Source: Zootoca vivipara (taxonomy: Eukaryota). From it: DNA of 64,000 nucleotides. Below the pieces are notes generated by a model. It saw only the letters and a program-made list of their open reading frames with translations, did not search any database and was not told the origin of the DNA. Positions 1-13,600 of the stretch are shown one piece after another. The stretch spans positions 53,692,001 to 53,756,000 of the forward strand of contig NC_083286.1 of the NCBI RefSeq assembly GCF_963506605.1, in the 5' to 3' direction. Positions within the stretch are counted from its first letter, which is position 1, and every line of letters begins with the position of its first letter. The position numbers were made by a program, and so were the translations under genes.

Positions 1-291
1 TCCTTCGTCACACCATTATAATGTGCACAATAAAACATCGCAAGAGAGTTTCCTGGGAATTCATCAAAAGGCTGCCATGCCATTTCTTCCAATGGGGTCT
101 GGTTAAATTGACCCTCCATAAAGGCTCCTAGCAAAACTAAATACAGTAGTAATGTATGAAGTAACTCTCAGCGACAGCTCCTTTCGTTTGTTGGATTCTG
201 ACTTGCAATGTCACAAGGCTCCATCGCTCTCTGTTGCTTATGTAATCCTGAATCTGAGCGTATGAATGTTGATAAAAGGGTGTCAAAGCCC

Positions 292-622
292 AGGAACGGC
301 TGTAGCTCAGGTGTAGAGCTTCTGCTTTGCATGCAGGTGGTCTCAGGTTCAATCCCTGGCATATCCCAAGTAGGGGAGAGAGAAACTCTTGTCTAAAAGT
401 CTGGAGAGCTGCTGCCAGTCAATGTAGAGCTAGATCAGGCACCCCCAAAACTTTGGCCCTCCAGATGTTTTGGACTACAATCCCCATCATCCCTGACCAC
501 TGGTCCTGTTAGCTAGGGATCATGGGAGTTGTAGGCCAAAACATCTGGAGGGCCACAGTTTGGGGATGCCTGAGCTAGATGGACCAATGGTGTGACTCAT
601 TATAAGGCAGCTTCCTGTGTTC
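292..622 (+). mobile_element. tRNA-Ala-derived SINE (Squam2-like), split by a MITE
   Basis: GCTGTAGCTCAG...TTGCATG (TGC anticodon loop)...GGTTCAATCCC head; ggagagctgctgccagtc body; aaggcagcttcct tail. Confidence 0.75.
436..572. mobile_element. ~136-bp palindromic hAT MITE (CAGGCAYCCCCAAA family), nested in a SINE
   Basis: Long TIRs. TSD AGCTAGAT at 428-435 and 573-580. Confidence 0.9.
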
Positions 623-1077
623 TCCTGTTCTGCATTGACTGGCAGCTGCTATCCAAGGTCTCAGACAAAAGGCTCCTTTGGGTCCTTTGCTATTTGAGGT
701 TCTTTTTAACTGGCAATGTCAGTTAAGGACCTGCAGCTGACCTGAAACCCCTCCAGATGTTTCTAATTCCGAAATTAGTTGTACCACCAGCACCCAAGGA
801 AGCAGTAAATAAGCTGGAAGTCACACATCATATAATTTTTGAAACTTCATGTGCAACCCAAAAGAGAGAGAACTGGGTATATGTTTGGTGTGCAAATGTG
901 CCCCTAGCTTTTCTCATGCTCGTTTGTTCCCCACACTCTGACCTGCTTGAGAGGAAACGGGTCAGTTGTCTCATTTTGGGATACCTGCCATCTGCACAGA
1001 TGTGAAACCTACGCCTAATTTCAGCTAGTTGCAAAATGTGATATAGGCCGTCTTGCGCGCTGATGGGGGAAAACTAA

Positions 1078-1335
<258 letters not shown>

Positions 1336-1547
1336 TAAGCAATAAAACACATGTTCTCATGAGGCCAGTGTAAGAGATACACAATTGGTTACTGATGCTG
1401 ATAACTTTGAAGTCTAGGAACTTTATATGTTGCAACCCAGTGCATGTGAACTTGCAAAGCTGCCATATACTGAATCTTGGGGACGTGTAACCAATATAGT
1501 GACTCCCAGATAGAGTCCAAGCCAGCACAGCCAATGGTCAGGGATGA

Positions 1548-1549
1548 TA

Positions 1550-1600
<51 letters not shown>

Positions 1601-2516
1601 TTATTTATACCCCGCCCATCTGGCTGGGTTTCCCCAGCCACTCTGGGCGGCTTACAACAGAAAAATGAAATAAAATAATCTATTAAACATTAAAAGCCTC
1701 CCTAAACAGGGCTGCCTTCAGATGTCTTCTAAAAATCTGGTATATGTTTTTTCCTTTGACATCTGATGGGAGGGTGTTCCACAGGGCAGGCGCCACCACC
1801 GAGAAGGCCCTCTGCCTGGTTCCCTGCAACTTGGCTTCTCACAACGAGGGAACCGCCAGAAGGCCCTCGGTACTGGACTTCAGTGTCCAGGCAGAACGAT
1901 GGGGGTGGAGACGCTCCTTCAGGTATACTGGACTGAGGCCATTTAGGGCTTTAAAAGTCAGCACCAACACTTTGAACTGTGCTTGGAAACGTACTGGGAG
2001 CCAATGTAGATCTTTCAAGACCGGTGTTATGTGGCCTCGGCGGCCGCTCCCAGGCACCAGTCTAGCTGCCGCATTCTGGATTGGTTGTAGCTTCCGGGTC
2101 ACCTTCAAAGGTAGCCCCACGTAGAGCGCATTGCAGTAGTCCAAACGGGAGATAACCAGAGCATGCACCACTCTGGCGAGACAGTCTGCAGGCAGGTAGG
2201 GTCTCAGCCTGCGTACCAGATGGAGCTGACAGACAGCTGCCCTGGACACAGAATTAACCTGTGCCTCCATGGACAGCTGTGAATCCAGAATGACTCCCAG
2301 GCTGCACACCTTGTCCTTCAGGGGCACAGTTACCCCATTCAGAACCAGGGAATCCTCCACACCTGCCCGCCTCCTGTCCCTCGCAAACAGTACTTCTGTC
2401 TTGTCAGGATTCAACCTCAATCTGTTAGCCGCCATCCATCCTCCAACCGCCTCCAGGCACTCACACAGGACCTTCACCACCTTCACTGGCTCTGATTTGA
2501 AAGAGAGGTAGAGCTG
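1548..2516 (-). mobile_element. L2-clade LINE 3' fragment with (ATT)n tail
   Basis: RT C-terminal motifs QLYLSF...WMAANRLRLNPDKTE...LVISRLDYCNALY...LHWLPV in ORF 1839-2567. (TAA)n run at 1548-1600 is the tail. Confidence 0.9.
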
Positions 2517-2949
2517 ATGGGGAATTGTTTCTTTATTAATTATATGTCTATACTGCCCTTCATCCAAGGACCACAGGGCAGTTTACAATACAAAAACACA
2601 TAACGTTGTTGGCACCCATCTGCCTCGAGAGAGTGTGTCTCTTACATGAAGGTGTTGCATTGATGGAAGTGCTACCATTGAAAAGGCTGGTTTCCTTGAA
2701 GCTTCCAGGTATGAAACCTCTGGCCATGGTGATAATGGTGCAACCATGCTTCACACAGCAATGAATGTGGCATCGGTAGCCTCCCTCCCCCCACAAGCTA
2801 ATGTTCCTAGTTATTTCTACTACTTTCTTGTAAGTTGCTTTGAGAACTTTGGTGCAGAAAGCCACAAATTAATGGCTTGGGGGGAGTCATGTGCTTCAAA
2901 TGTTCACTGAATGCCCTTTAAGTATACAGTGTGGCTCTCCCCACCCCTA

Positions 2950-3265
2950 ATAACAACAACAACAACAACAACAATAAATTATTATTTATACCCTACCCAT
3001 TATTTATACCCCTCCCATCTGGCTGGGTTTCCCCAGCCACTCTGGGCGGCTCCCAACCGAATATTAAAAACACAATACAGCATTAAACATTAAAAGCTTC
3101 CCTAAACAGGGCTGCCTTCAGTTGTTTATTTCCTTGACATCTGGTGGGAGGGGGCCACTGCTGAGAAGGCCCTCTGCCTGGTTCCCTGTAACCTCACTTC
3201 TTGCAGGGAGGGAGCCACCAGAAGGCCCTTGGCGCTGGACCTCAGTGTCTGGGCAGAACGATGGG
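2950..3265 (-). mobile_element. L2 3' end fragment
   Basis: Same 3'UTR as 1601-1900 (tttatacccc...catctggctgggtttccccagccactctgggcggct), with internal deletions. Confidence 0.8.
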
Positions 3266-4194
3266 GGAACCATGTCCTTGCCAAGCAAATATTGTTTTAA
3301 ATAATCTGCTCTCATGTTTTGTGTCCCTTTCCCTTTGGAGCAAACCTTGAAAACTATACATTCTTTGGGAATATACAAGAAACGATTCCTCTCTTGCAGT
3401 GGGTGAAAGTCTTTGTCCTTGTGTGATAGACTTGGTTTCTGCCATATGATAAGAACAGGGAGCCCTGCAGGAATCAAACGCAATAGGAAATTGGATAAGC
3501 CACTTTCACAAGTTCTCTCTCTCTCTTTTTTAATCGCTCCGAGCAAAGAACAAATAATAAAATCCAATGAAGCACACTTAACCACCTCGAAAAACTTGAG
3601 GTTTTATAAATATTTATTGAAAGAGATGTAATAACGAGCTGGTCGTAAATTCCGCAAGCCAATACTCTGATCTGCAGTACTACAAGGGATACTAACTGCA
3701 TCCCAAATTAAGAACCATGTAGGAAACCGCTTGGAGTCCTGCTCCTAGATGTTGCCAAACCAGTGCACATTGCTTTAAATGTCAAATCAATTTGCTGCCT
3801 TTGTGCTGGATTTCTCGTAACCAGTAGTTACGCTGCACTACACTTGCTTTTGGTGCTGGGGGACTGGAGCAGCTAGCTGCGATGAGGATGTCTTTTAGGG
3901 CTTTAAAATTTAAGGCCGGGATGTGAAAAGCTAAGATAAACGGAGACGGTTTATGTGCTACATTTTATTTTAATCCTGGAAGAGCATTAACAACTTTTCA
4001 GACACCGTAGCAAAGTATAATAAAAGTTGCCAGGCAGGGCCGGATCGTCTGTTGGGCAGACAATACATTTGTCCCATGGAGTGGCCTTAAAAGGGCTACC
4101 CAGCAGCCACCTTCTACACACCACCAATGTCTTCAGTGGAGCTTACAACCAGTGAAGAATTTAGAACACACAGGTAGTGAAAGGGTATGGGGAG

Positions 4195-4499
4195 CAGTGG
4201 CAGAGGAAGCCGCTTGGGCGCCTGGGGCAGTGCCCAGGGGCTGCACGCACCGCGGGGCCTCCGGAGTCTCCCTGCCTCCTCCAACTCAGCTGCCCTACAG
4301 CTGGGGGGAGGCAGCAGGCGGAGTATTTGGGCAGAGCGGTGCCTGTGCGTGCCCAAGCCACAGTGTCTCTCCCAGGACAGACGCGTGGCTCGGGTGCGCT
4401 GCAGGCCTCGTGATGAGTGCTGCCCAGCATTTTGTCACCCCCCTCAGTGATGACACCCAGGGCGGACTGCTCCCACCACACCCCCTTCCTCCGCCCCTG
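4195..4499. mobile_element. hAT MITE (305 bp)
   Basis: Imperfect TIR CAGTGGCAGAGGAAG / CTTCCTCCGCCCCTG. 8-bp TSD ATGGGGAG at 4187-4194 and 4500-4507. Confidence 0.88.
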
Positions 4500-4771
4500 A
4501 TGGGGAGAACTTGTTTTTCCCACGCTTCCCAGTGCACTTTGCATATCACAAGAAGTCTGGGTTGTTCTCTTTCTGCTTTGAAGTGGGCAGCTTACTGCCC
4601 AAGTGCTGCCAAACCCACTTTAATTGTGCAACTTGAATTTGCTGATAATGTGATGGACTCTCACGGCTGTCCAAGAGCAGCAGCCTAAGTTAACAGAGGG
4701 TGACTGCAGCATCACCCCATAGTGCGCCCCATCTCACTCCACCGGCACGCCCAGCTTAATCATGTGTTTCC

Positions 4772-5105
4772 TGTGGGTTTAACCACAGAGCCCAGGGCTT
4801 GCAGATCAGAAGGTCGGTGGTTCGAATCCCCGCGACGGGGTGAGCTCCCGTTGCTCGATCCCAGCTCCTGCCAACCTAGCAGTTCGAAAGCACGTCAGAG
4901 TGCAAGTAGATAATTAGGAACCGCTACAGCGGGAAGGTAAACGGCGTTTCCATGTGCTGCTCTGGTTCACCAGAAGCGGCTTTGTCATGCTGGCCACATG
5001 ACCTGGAAGCTGTACGCTGGCTCCCTCGGCCAATAAAGCGAGATGAGCACCGCAACCCCAGAGTCGGTCACGACTGGACCTAATGGTCAGGGGTCCCTTT
5101 ACCTT
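4772..5105 (+). mobile_element. Sauria-type SINE (5' slightly truncated)
   Basis: B-box GGTTCGAATCC, Sauria body (cccagctcctgccaacctagcagttcgaaagcac), ACCTTT tail. Confidence 0.88.
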
Positions 5106-5533
5106 TTAATAAATTATGATGGGTGCAAATGAGATGCAATGTGTTTTGCACAACTGGAACATGATGAGTCTTGGAGTGAAGACTGAGAGACATTTCAAAG
5201 GGTGGTTTTGGCACTCATTTGTTGCATTTGGGGGGCGTTTGTTTTCATGGCAGAGAATGTTAGCCATTTCCGCCACACTTGGTGGAAGCTCCGACTTCAG
5301 ATCCTCCCAGGAAACTCTAACTGAGAACTGAGCATACTCAGCAGCCAAATAACGCCGAGTGTCAGTTGGGAAAGAAAATGAGAGGGAATATAGTAAAGCA
5401 CCCTGGATCAGGGCATGTCTGGGTGTGACCCTGGACAGGAACCAACCCTACTAACGAGGGAGGACACATTGCAAAATTTGGTTGCAGGTCTCACTTGTTG
5501 TTGTTAAACCTTTCAATTCTTGCACTTTTACAG

Positions 5534-5690
5534 ACTGGCTGACCGTCTTAGGAAGACGAGAGCGGCCATTGTTTTACAGAAACAATATCGGATGTTGAGG
5601 ATCCGCCGGGCCTACCAAGCAATCCACAGGGCTGCCATCACAATCCAAGCCTTCACCCGAGGAATGTTTGTCAGAAAGACCTATCGAAAG
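5534..5690 (+). CDS. MYO5B: Myosin Vb coding exon (IQ3-4)
   Basis: TTTTACAG|A...CGAAAG|GTAGGA, 157 nt, phase 2 to 0. [52 protein letters not shown]. Confidence 0.97.
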
Positions 5691-8600
5691 GTAGGATTCT
5701 TCTTTTTGAAAATACTTTCCCCGTCAGTACACAGGAAACTTCTTCCAACTTGACCTATCAGCGTTCTGTCTGGCACTTGTCTTTGCACTTTGTGTTTGGT
5801 TGGAGACAGTCGTGGCCTTCTGAAAACAGCCACAACACCTTTCTCCCACCCTCATACCCAGCTTCTAATTTTGCGTTACAGTTGTACATAGCAGCAGATT
5901 AGAAGCTGCTCATTCTCAGGTCAAGTTCATTCTCAGGTCAAGGAATTTATGAAAGCTCAGCTTGGAGCCGCCGCCACCTTGTGTTCAGGGTTTGGGGAGA
6001 TACATGTTGGTGTTATTTCTAGCCATAGGTACCCAGAACAGTTGGCTTTCCCCCTAATTTAGACTGAACCACACTGGAAGCCTGCAGAGATCTCCTGCAG
6101 CAGAAGACTGTTGGTTTGGAAGGCATGAACAGTGCTATCGAACCACCAACACCACTTTTTTAAAAACGAGAACTGTCCTAAACTCTTTTGTCTTCATGCA
6201 GCTTTGCCGCTGAACACTCACTGACTTGATTGTGATTTAACACTTCCGGGTGGTTGCTATTCTCGAGTGGGATTCATTAGCATGCTGACAAATTCAGGTT
6301 GCACAATTATGGTTGGTTGGCAGGTCTTCTGCAGCAGCCACGCTTCCCAAGAAGATGGGACTTATTTGCGATATGGAAATTGATGGGGGAAATGCAACAG
6401 GAAGATTTGGGATAACACTTGCTTTGACGCAGGGTCATCTAACCTCCCCCACAAACAAATTGGAATGAATGTTCATTAACCAGCCAACATCATCTAATCT
6501 CCCTGCAAAGAAACCAGGACGAATGCTGTATAAACAGGTCATTTGGAAGTGAACTTTGTCTGTGGGCAGGATTTCAGCGTTGACTTTATTGAAGATCAGT
6601 GTTATCTACTTGTGATTTGATCTGAGTTGCCTGAATTTGTGAGGAATTCAGCACCTTGCTAAGGTGATTTTTTCCCATCAGGGCAAGGATTTCCACTTGC
6701 CAGATGGAATGACACCCCCCGATCCTCCCCCAAAGGCTGTTCTGGGGTTCTTCCAACCACTCCATAGCCAGTTTTTGGGGTGTGGAGGAGCATGAAGGAA
6801 GCCCCTTTGCACAAGCGGAAATCCTTGCTCTGAGCTTCCAATAACAGGACTCCTTAGGTGAATACACCTTTTGAGTCCCAAACTAGTTGTGGTCTTAACA
6901 ATTTGGCCAAAGCTACACTGTGTCTCTTATCTCAGTTTCCCATCCGTCAAATATTGGCAATGACATTCAACTCCCAAAACAGTATGGAAACGCACCAAAT
7001 AGTTTGGAGCAGACTGCGCAAGGGAAATTACACGGGGAGCTGCCTTATTGCCAGGTCAAACTTTTTGCCCATCTACTCCAGTATTGTCTACTCTGGCAGG
7101 CAGCACCTCTCCAGAGTCGTGGGTGCAGGTCCTTCCCATCACCTGCTGCCTGATTCTTCTAACAGCAGGGCAAGGATGATGTCAGACTTGAACTCCTATC
7201 ATTGGGTTACTCTTCCTGTAAGAACAAAAGGATTTTGTTCTTTCTTTTCTGACATGGAAGCTTGTCCATTTTCAGAGTCCAAAAGCACAAGCTGTTCTTA
7301 TTTCACTGCTCAAGCTGCCCAGGCAGAAGCAATTCTTCTGCAGCCTCTCAGAGAGTGCTAGTTTAATGAAGCTGTTCTCACAGAGAGGTACCCCGCGGCA
7401 AAGTGGAAATCTGGAAATGTCATCCGTATCAGCCACGCAGTGAAGAATTTACCTGACAGAACAGGTATTGGAATTACACTTGAAAATGCATCTGCTTGGT
7501 GAAGTCACTTTTACAGCTGGTCCTAATGATCTCTCTCCTTGTGGTGGCCAGTGCTTCTTCCACAGGGGCAGCTCCCTACTTGTGGCAAAGGGGATCCTTA
7601 GGTTCATTCACAGAGAACAGGAGCTATGACCTTAAGTCTGCCTTCCTCTTCAATTTGGCAGACAATTCAGAATCCCCACAAAAGAAAAAAGCAGCTGCTC
7701 TGCGATCTCCCAGTCACTCACCTGGGCAGAGTAATTTCCAAATCTACTTTTTAAACCTGTCTTTGGAGTCACAGAATGCCTGCGTTTTTAAATGTGCATG
7801 CACCATTCAAAATCTGCCTCAAGTTGCATGAACTTTGTGCTTTTACATTCATAAACCCAGCACGTGGGAGGCAGCCCTCAGAATAATACCATGTGCATTT
7901 GATTTTTACAGAATTGCTTTGCTGGATCAGACCTGGATTCATCTAGTCTGCTTCTGTTTGCCTCTGTATCTGGTCGTTCCATTTAGCTATCATAGCAAGC
8001 AGCTGTTTGATAGACCCCCTTCTCCGTTATTTTTCCCCCTCACCTTTTTTCTCCTCTCAAGGCATCCAAGTTAGTTGTCATCACTCCGTCTTGTGAGAGT
8101 GACATAAGTTAACCACGCCTTATATTATGCACTTGGGCGCATGGATGGCAGCATTAAGAGGCAGTTTTGATCTCTCTAGAAAATAGTATGAAGCACTGAG
8201 GAAGAAATCCTTTGGATGTGGTGCTGTTCCCATTGCCACTGTGGAACATGTCACACTGTGTGACAAACAAGAAAGTGTGTCTTAACTGCTGTTAATAAAG
8301 AATGTGGAATTTGGCCATAAATGTGTTCTGAACAGCACCAGTGTTAGAACACTATAGGTGGAAAACATCTGTCGCCCCATGACCTGCATGCGAACTGTCT
8401 GGGCAGGGTGGAGCATGAAGATGGCCAGTGTTGGATGACAGAGTCCTGAACTAGATGGACATTTGGTCTGATCCAGGAAGGTATTTTTCATGTTTGCTGT
8501 GTTAGCTGTGATACGATTGATGAATTGCTGCAGAAATGAGTCCCTGGTTAACCTGAGGTTCCTGTGGTGTGAAAGTTATACATCAACTGTATGATGCAAC

Positions 8601-8763
8601 TACTAAGCTTGGCAGCATTCTTCATATTGGTAGAGAGAAATCGCAACAGCTATGACAACAGCTACGGCTACACAGATGGGGCCATGCTATATTGCCATCA
8701 CGGGCTCTTCTCCCCTGCCCTCCCCACTTCTCCTGAGGGTCACTTCATCCCTGTGTTTTGCAG

Positions 8764-9003
8764 ATGCTCATGGAGCACAAAGCTACCATCATCCAGAAGC
8801 ATGCCCGAGCCTGGCTAACTCGGAGGCATTTTGTCAGGTTCAGAAGTGCAGCTGTAGTTATCCAATGCTACTTCAGGCGCATGAAGGCCAAGCAAGAGCT
8901 GAAGGCCCTGAAGATAGAGGCGAGGTCAGCAGAGCACTTGAAGAGGCTCAATATTGGCATGGAGAACAAGGTGGTTCAGCTGCAGAGGAAGATAGATGAA
9001 CAG
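8764..9003 (+). CDS. MYO5B: Myosin Vb coding exon (IQ5-6, start of coiled coil)
   Basis: TTTTGCAG|ATG...GAACAG|GTAAAA, 240 nt. [18 protein letters not shown]...[28 protein letters not shown]. Confidence 0.97.
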
Positions 9004-9340
9004 GTAAAACCCTCCATGAGTCCTGCTGTGTAGTGTATATTTGGACCTCTCAGCTGCTCTGGATGTAGGGGCATGGGTGGGGAACCTGTAGCCCTCCAGT
9101 TATTGTTGGGCTACAATTCCCGCCCTTCCTGACCATTAGCCATGCTGCCTGGAGCTGATGAGAGCTGTAGTCCAGCAACACCTGGCAAGCTACAAGTTGT
9201 CCCCCATTGTTGTAGATACCACGTCCACAGAATATTCTGCAGCTCCATCACCAGAGTGGGAATGCGGAGATAGCAAAAAGCTTTAATCCACCTTAAGCTT
9301 TCATTTACCAATATATGCATGTGTGTGTGTGTGTATAGTC

Positions 9341-10198
9341 CAGGGGTCTGCAACCTGCGGCTCCGGAGCCGCATGTGGCTCTTTTACACCTTTGCTTCGG
9401 CTCCGGAGCGGATACGAGGGGAGGAGGCGTCCGAGCCATGCGCCGCCTGAGCCCCATGCGGCGGCGCCCGCCACGCCCGCCAGACACTCGCGCGGTGCCC
9501 ACCGCCGCCGGAGCACACGCCGCTGTGCGCCTGCGCTGTGCAAAAAGGACGCAAGGTGACGTTAGCAGCCCGGGGAGCGTGGTCGGCCCCCTCCCTGCAT
9601 CAGCCCCTCCCCGCCGCCAATAGGCTCACGGGGGACGGGGGTGGAGTTATTTATTTTTTTAAACGGGCGCACTTCTTCCCGCCCAGCAGCAGAAAAGGCT
9701 TGCGGGCTCGGAGCGCGTGTTTGCTGCTGCTGCTCCTGCCTGCGGCCTGCCTGTGGCCTCCTGCCGGCCTGGTCAGGAGATTGAGGTAGATGTATTAATC
9801 AATGGGTTGATTCAATATGAGGAAATTTTATAAGTTCACTTGATGGGAGCAACACACATGAAACCATACAGGTGTCCTAATAAGGGAGTCAGAGTTTTGC
9901 CCATTCCCAGTAATCAAGGCAGCCCAAACTCAAAGTTATTTTTATAATGACGAGGATGACATTGGGCCCTCATTATTAATTATTATTTACATCAGGCACT
10001 GATTATGATTTATGGTACACTGGGGCCCTGATTAATTTTCTATGGCATTTTGGGGCATTGATTATTGGGCATAGCAAATTTTGCTATGGGGCCCTCTGAT
10101 TTCTAATTACGTCCCTGTTTTGCGGCTCCCAGTTTATTTTTTTTTCTTCGGAAACGGGTCCAAGTGGCTCTTTTTGTCTTAAAGGTTGCAGACCCCTG
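9341..10198. mobile_element. Non-autonomous hAT DNA transposon (858 bp)
   Basis: 16-bp perfect TIR CAGGGGTCTGCAACCT / AGGTTGCAGACCCCTG. 8-bp TSD GTATAGTC at 9333-9340 and 10199-10206. CpG-rich interior, no transposase. Confidence 0.93.
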
Positions 10199-10537
10199 GT
10201 ATAGTCCTTGATGATGTGGCTAGTTGGATACAATGAAGTTTGGGGTACTCCTATTACTCTTGCCCCTACTGACAGCCTGACCCCAATAATCACATGCTTC
10301 CCTTTGTTCAGGCTCAATATTTTCAGGAACTTAATAACCTGTTTTCTTTTGAGTCTATGTAGATCAGTATGGCCTATACTTACATCTAATAAGTGCCCAA
10401 AGTGGCCTGCAGTAAAATCAGTGCAAATTCATAACAAACTTAAAGGCAATCACTATAAAAATGGTGAAACAAAGGATGAAACAGAAACTGTAGACCCAGC
10501 AGAATCTAAACCAGAAAGCAATTAAAAGCTTACCAAT

Positions 10538-10603
10538 GTTGTGGTTTAGTCGTGTCCGACTCTTCGTGACCCCATGGACCATAGCACGCCAGGCACTCCT
10601 GTC
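10538..10603 (-). mobile_element. Very short BovB 3' tip
   Basis: tttagtcgtgtccgactcttcgtgaccccatggaccatagcacgccaggcactcctgtc, nearly identical to 36223-36281. Confidence 0.8.
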
Positions 10604-13600
10604 TGGTGGTTGAAAACCTGGTGGTTGAACAGAAAACTCAGTAAGGACTTCAATAGGGAAACAGCTCCTAGAAATTGTTTTCCATAGCCAAGGTATTTCT
10701 GGTGAAGAAAATGCCAGCTCTGGTGGATCGGGCCCTCTTGATGATGACTTCAAAAACTGGGCAGGCTCATATTCCTTTATCTATCCGCTTATAGGCGGCT
10801 TCCTATATATATATACACACAAAATCTCAAAGCAGTTTACAAGAAAAGTGTTGAAACTCTTTAAGACATACATAAAACCACAATATATAAATTGATTGTG
10901 AATAACAAGAAGCAAAAATATCCAGAACAGAGAGGGGTGGGAATAAAAATACTGAAAGACTAAAAAAATGTCGAGCGGTATTACCCAGTAATTAACGGCC
11001 TAGAAATGCTCAGACATAAAGACACGGTTTGTTGTTGTTTTTAGTGAATGTCAAAGATATGCTACAGAGTGCGCCTCCCAAGGATGGTGCTTGCATATGG
11101 AATCAGGTGGTCCTGGCATACGGTTGAATGTATCGCTAATGCAAAGTTTTATTCTACTTGGTATGGAGGGGGAATCTAAAAAAAATGCCTGGATATTCTC
11201 ATTGTAAGGAAGGATGGTTGGGATAAAAAAAACCCATTTAGCGTGAAGTAGCTGACATTTGTCAGTAGCTGGGATGGTGAGTGGGAATCTACTCAGGAAT
11301 CTACTCAGTGGTTTTCTGACAATTGGCAGCTGAGCAGTGGTGTGCAGCACCATCTTCACAATTCCCAGATTCACTTCCTGCTCGCTGAAGCATGCCATGG
11401 TTGGGATACTTATCTGCAAAGGTAGATGATGCAACTTCTCCAAGGGCAGGATTCTCCTAATAGCTAGCCCAGGTGTTAGTTTATTCCCTGGTGTGTATAT
11501 CTTCTCCTTCAAAGTGCTTGGAGTTGTTAATCCTTTATGCCTTCAAGCGCTGGCTTGTTTGATGTTTGTTTGTTTGTTTGTTTGTTTGTTTGTTGCATTT
11601 GTATCAAACCTTTTCTTCAAGGTACTCAAGGTGGCATATACGGTTCTCCCCCTCCTCAGTTATCCCCCACTACAACCTTGTGGGGTAGGAAAGGCTGAGG
11701 GCCAGTGACAGACCCAAGGTCATCTATTGTTTAGTGGGGAGTTGAACCCTGGTCTTCCAGAACCTAACGCTAACCACTACGCCACACTGGCTCTTCAGCT
11801 GGGCTGTTGCTCAGAAATATCAGGCATCCTGTCCCCCTCTCAGCAATTGCATGCATAATTCGGAACACCATTGCTTTCTCTCGCGTTTGCGTGTTTCTCT
11901 TGCTTTATTCAGGACACTTGTCCACTGTGGCAAATTAACTTTGGAAATGGGAAGCTACAGGCATTTGTTCCATCCCTGTGGTTGATTCTTATTAGTAGAA
12001 TCTATCATACCAAATTCTGTTTAGAATAAGACATGCCTTGTTGTGTCAGACAAGTAGAAGAAGTCAACCTCCAAGGAAGCAGTTCTGTAACAAGAGGGGG
12101 GCTGAAAATCAGGGCTGGGGAAGGGACGCTTGGTCAGTTGAATCAAGATCTTAGCTTTTTGCCAATCCAGTAGGTAACATGACTTGGAATGGGTTAAATG
12201 GTACATGTAGATGGTACCATCTAAATGGTACAAGTCAGATGGGGTTTGGGGTGGGGTTAGGGAATTCATAGGTCTTGCAGGTTAGCCAGGAAGTCAAAAC
12301 CTCACCCTGAAGGGCCCTAGTTATTGTCCTGTCTGGCTCTGCATCCCACATCACCACAGGGGCAACCATTTCTGTGCAGAGCTCTTGGATTGAGCAACGA
12401 TAAACTTCCTGAAGGTCAAAAGGTGGCAAAAAGAAATTGACAACTTGCTGATCTTCAATGTGTGCAGGTTTTTTTTAGCTTTTTTTTTTTTAAGCCTTGC
12501 TTAACCTTGGCTCAGACTGAATTAAGGAAGACAATTGTTGAGTCCTGTAGAGAAATCCCTCTTGCGTACAGATTGGTTGTGATGTTAAAAAGGAGCTGCT
12601 ACAGAGCCAAGCTTTCCTACTAAAGCCTCCATTGTGCTTGCTCCCCCATCGCTTATCGCTATTGACTGCCAAAAAAAAGCCATGCTAAGACAACAATAAA
12701 GGAGATAGGGATCTTTAGCCTATGGTGCATTTTCTGATTGGGGAAGGCAAGAGAAGCATCGAGTTCTCATTTGGATGAGAGGTGCCAATATTGGAGGAGT
12801 TTTCCCTCTAGACAAATGTATAGATTTAGAAGGGGCCTCAGCGGTCTGATCTGTTGCCCTTGCTTACGACATTTGTAGCTAAATAAGTTACTTGTCGACA
12901 TCTGTCAAATTTTACAAAGCAGACATTTATTGTGACAGAAGAACATAAGAGGCGGCGGCTGGATCAGGGCAATGGCCCATCCAGTCCAGCATTCTCACAC
13001 TGGCCAACCAGATAGCCATGGGAAAGCCCACAAGCTCATAACTCACCTCTCCATATAGAACAAGCTGGTTCCAAAAAGTGAACAACAAATGTTGGGAATT
13101 GTCAAAAACAACTGGTGGGAGGGGGTACCAGGTTGGTGAAGCTGCTGTGAACAAGAGTGGACTTCCATCAAGTGCCTTGAATATGATCCTCCGTTGCTAG
13201 GTGCTAGGGAGTAAAGGCAGGGGAGGAATATGGTTGGAGTTGGATGGCACCGGATTTAGTTTTGGTCCACTCCTCCCACCACCCCTTTATGGTGATTCGT
13301 TATGATTGAATCTCAAAACCTCTCATCAGCGTTGATGTAATCTTCTCTAAATTGTTTGCTGAATTGGCAGAAATGTTGTTGACTCAGCACATTTTGCATA
13401 CGGTTTTCTCTTGCGCTCGCCTACTGAAATGGTGAAGGGTGTAAAAGAGATGTTAGCCTTATGACGCATCTGTCGCAGTTTAATTATCTCTGCCTTTATG
13501 GATGTTTGTGATTGTGTTTCGCTAGCTTCTCGCCCTCAAGCTTGCTCAGATCCCTGTGACAAAAGGGGTGAACATGTCAACAGGTTAGATCAAAGTTTTG

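Noticed and set aside
292-365. tRNA-Ala-like sequence as a tRNA gene (similarly 36018-36085 and 48509-48575)
   Set aside because: Acceptor stem is degenerate and the sequence continues into a SINE body and tail. These are SINE heads.
1839-2567. 242-aa ORF as a host gene
   Set aside because: It is the RT C-terminus of a truncated L2; the ATG comes from unrelated flanking DNA.
11051-11512. 153-aa minus-strand ORF (likewise 6858-7361, 24902-25363, 25186-25653)
   Set aside because: No recognisable motifs, splice structure or codon signal. Lengths are compatible with chance and partly overlap decayed repeats.
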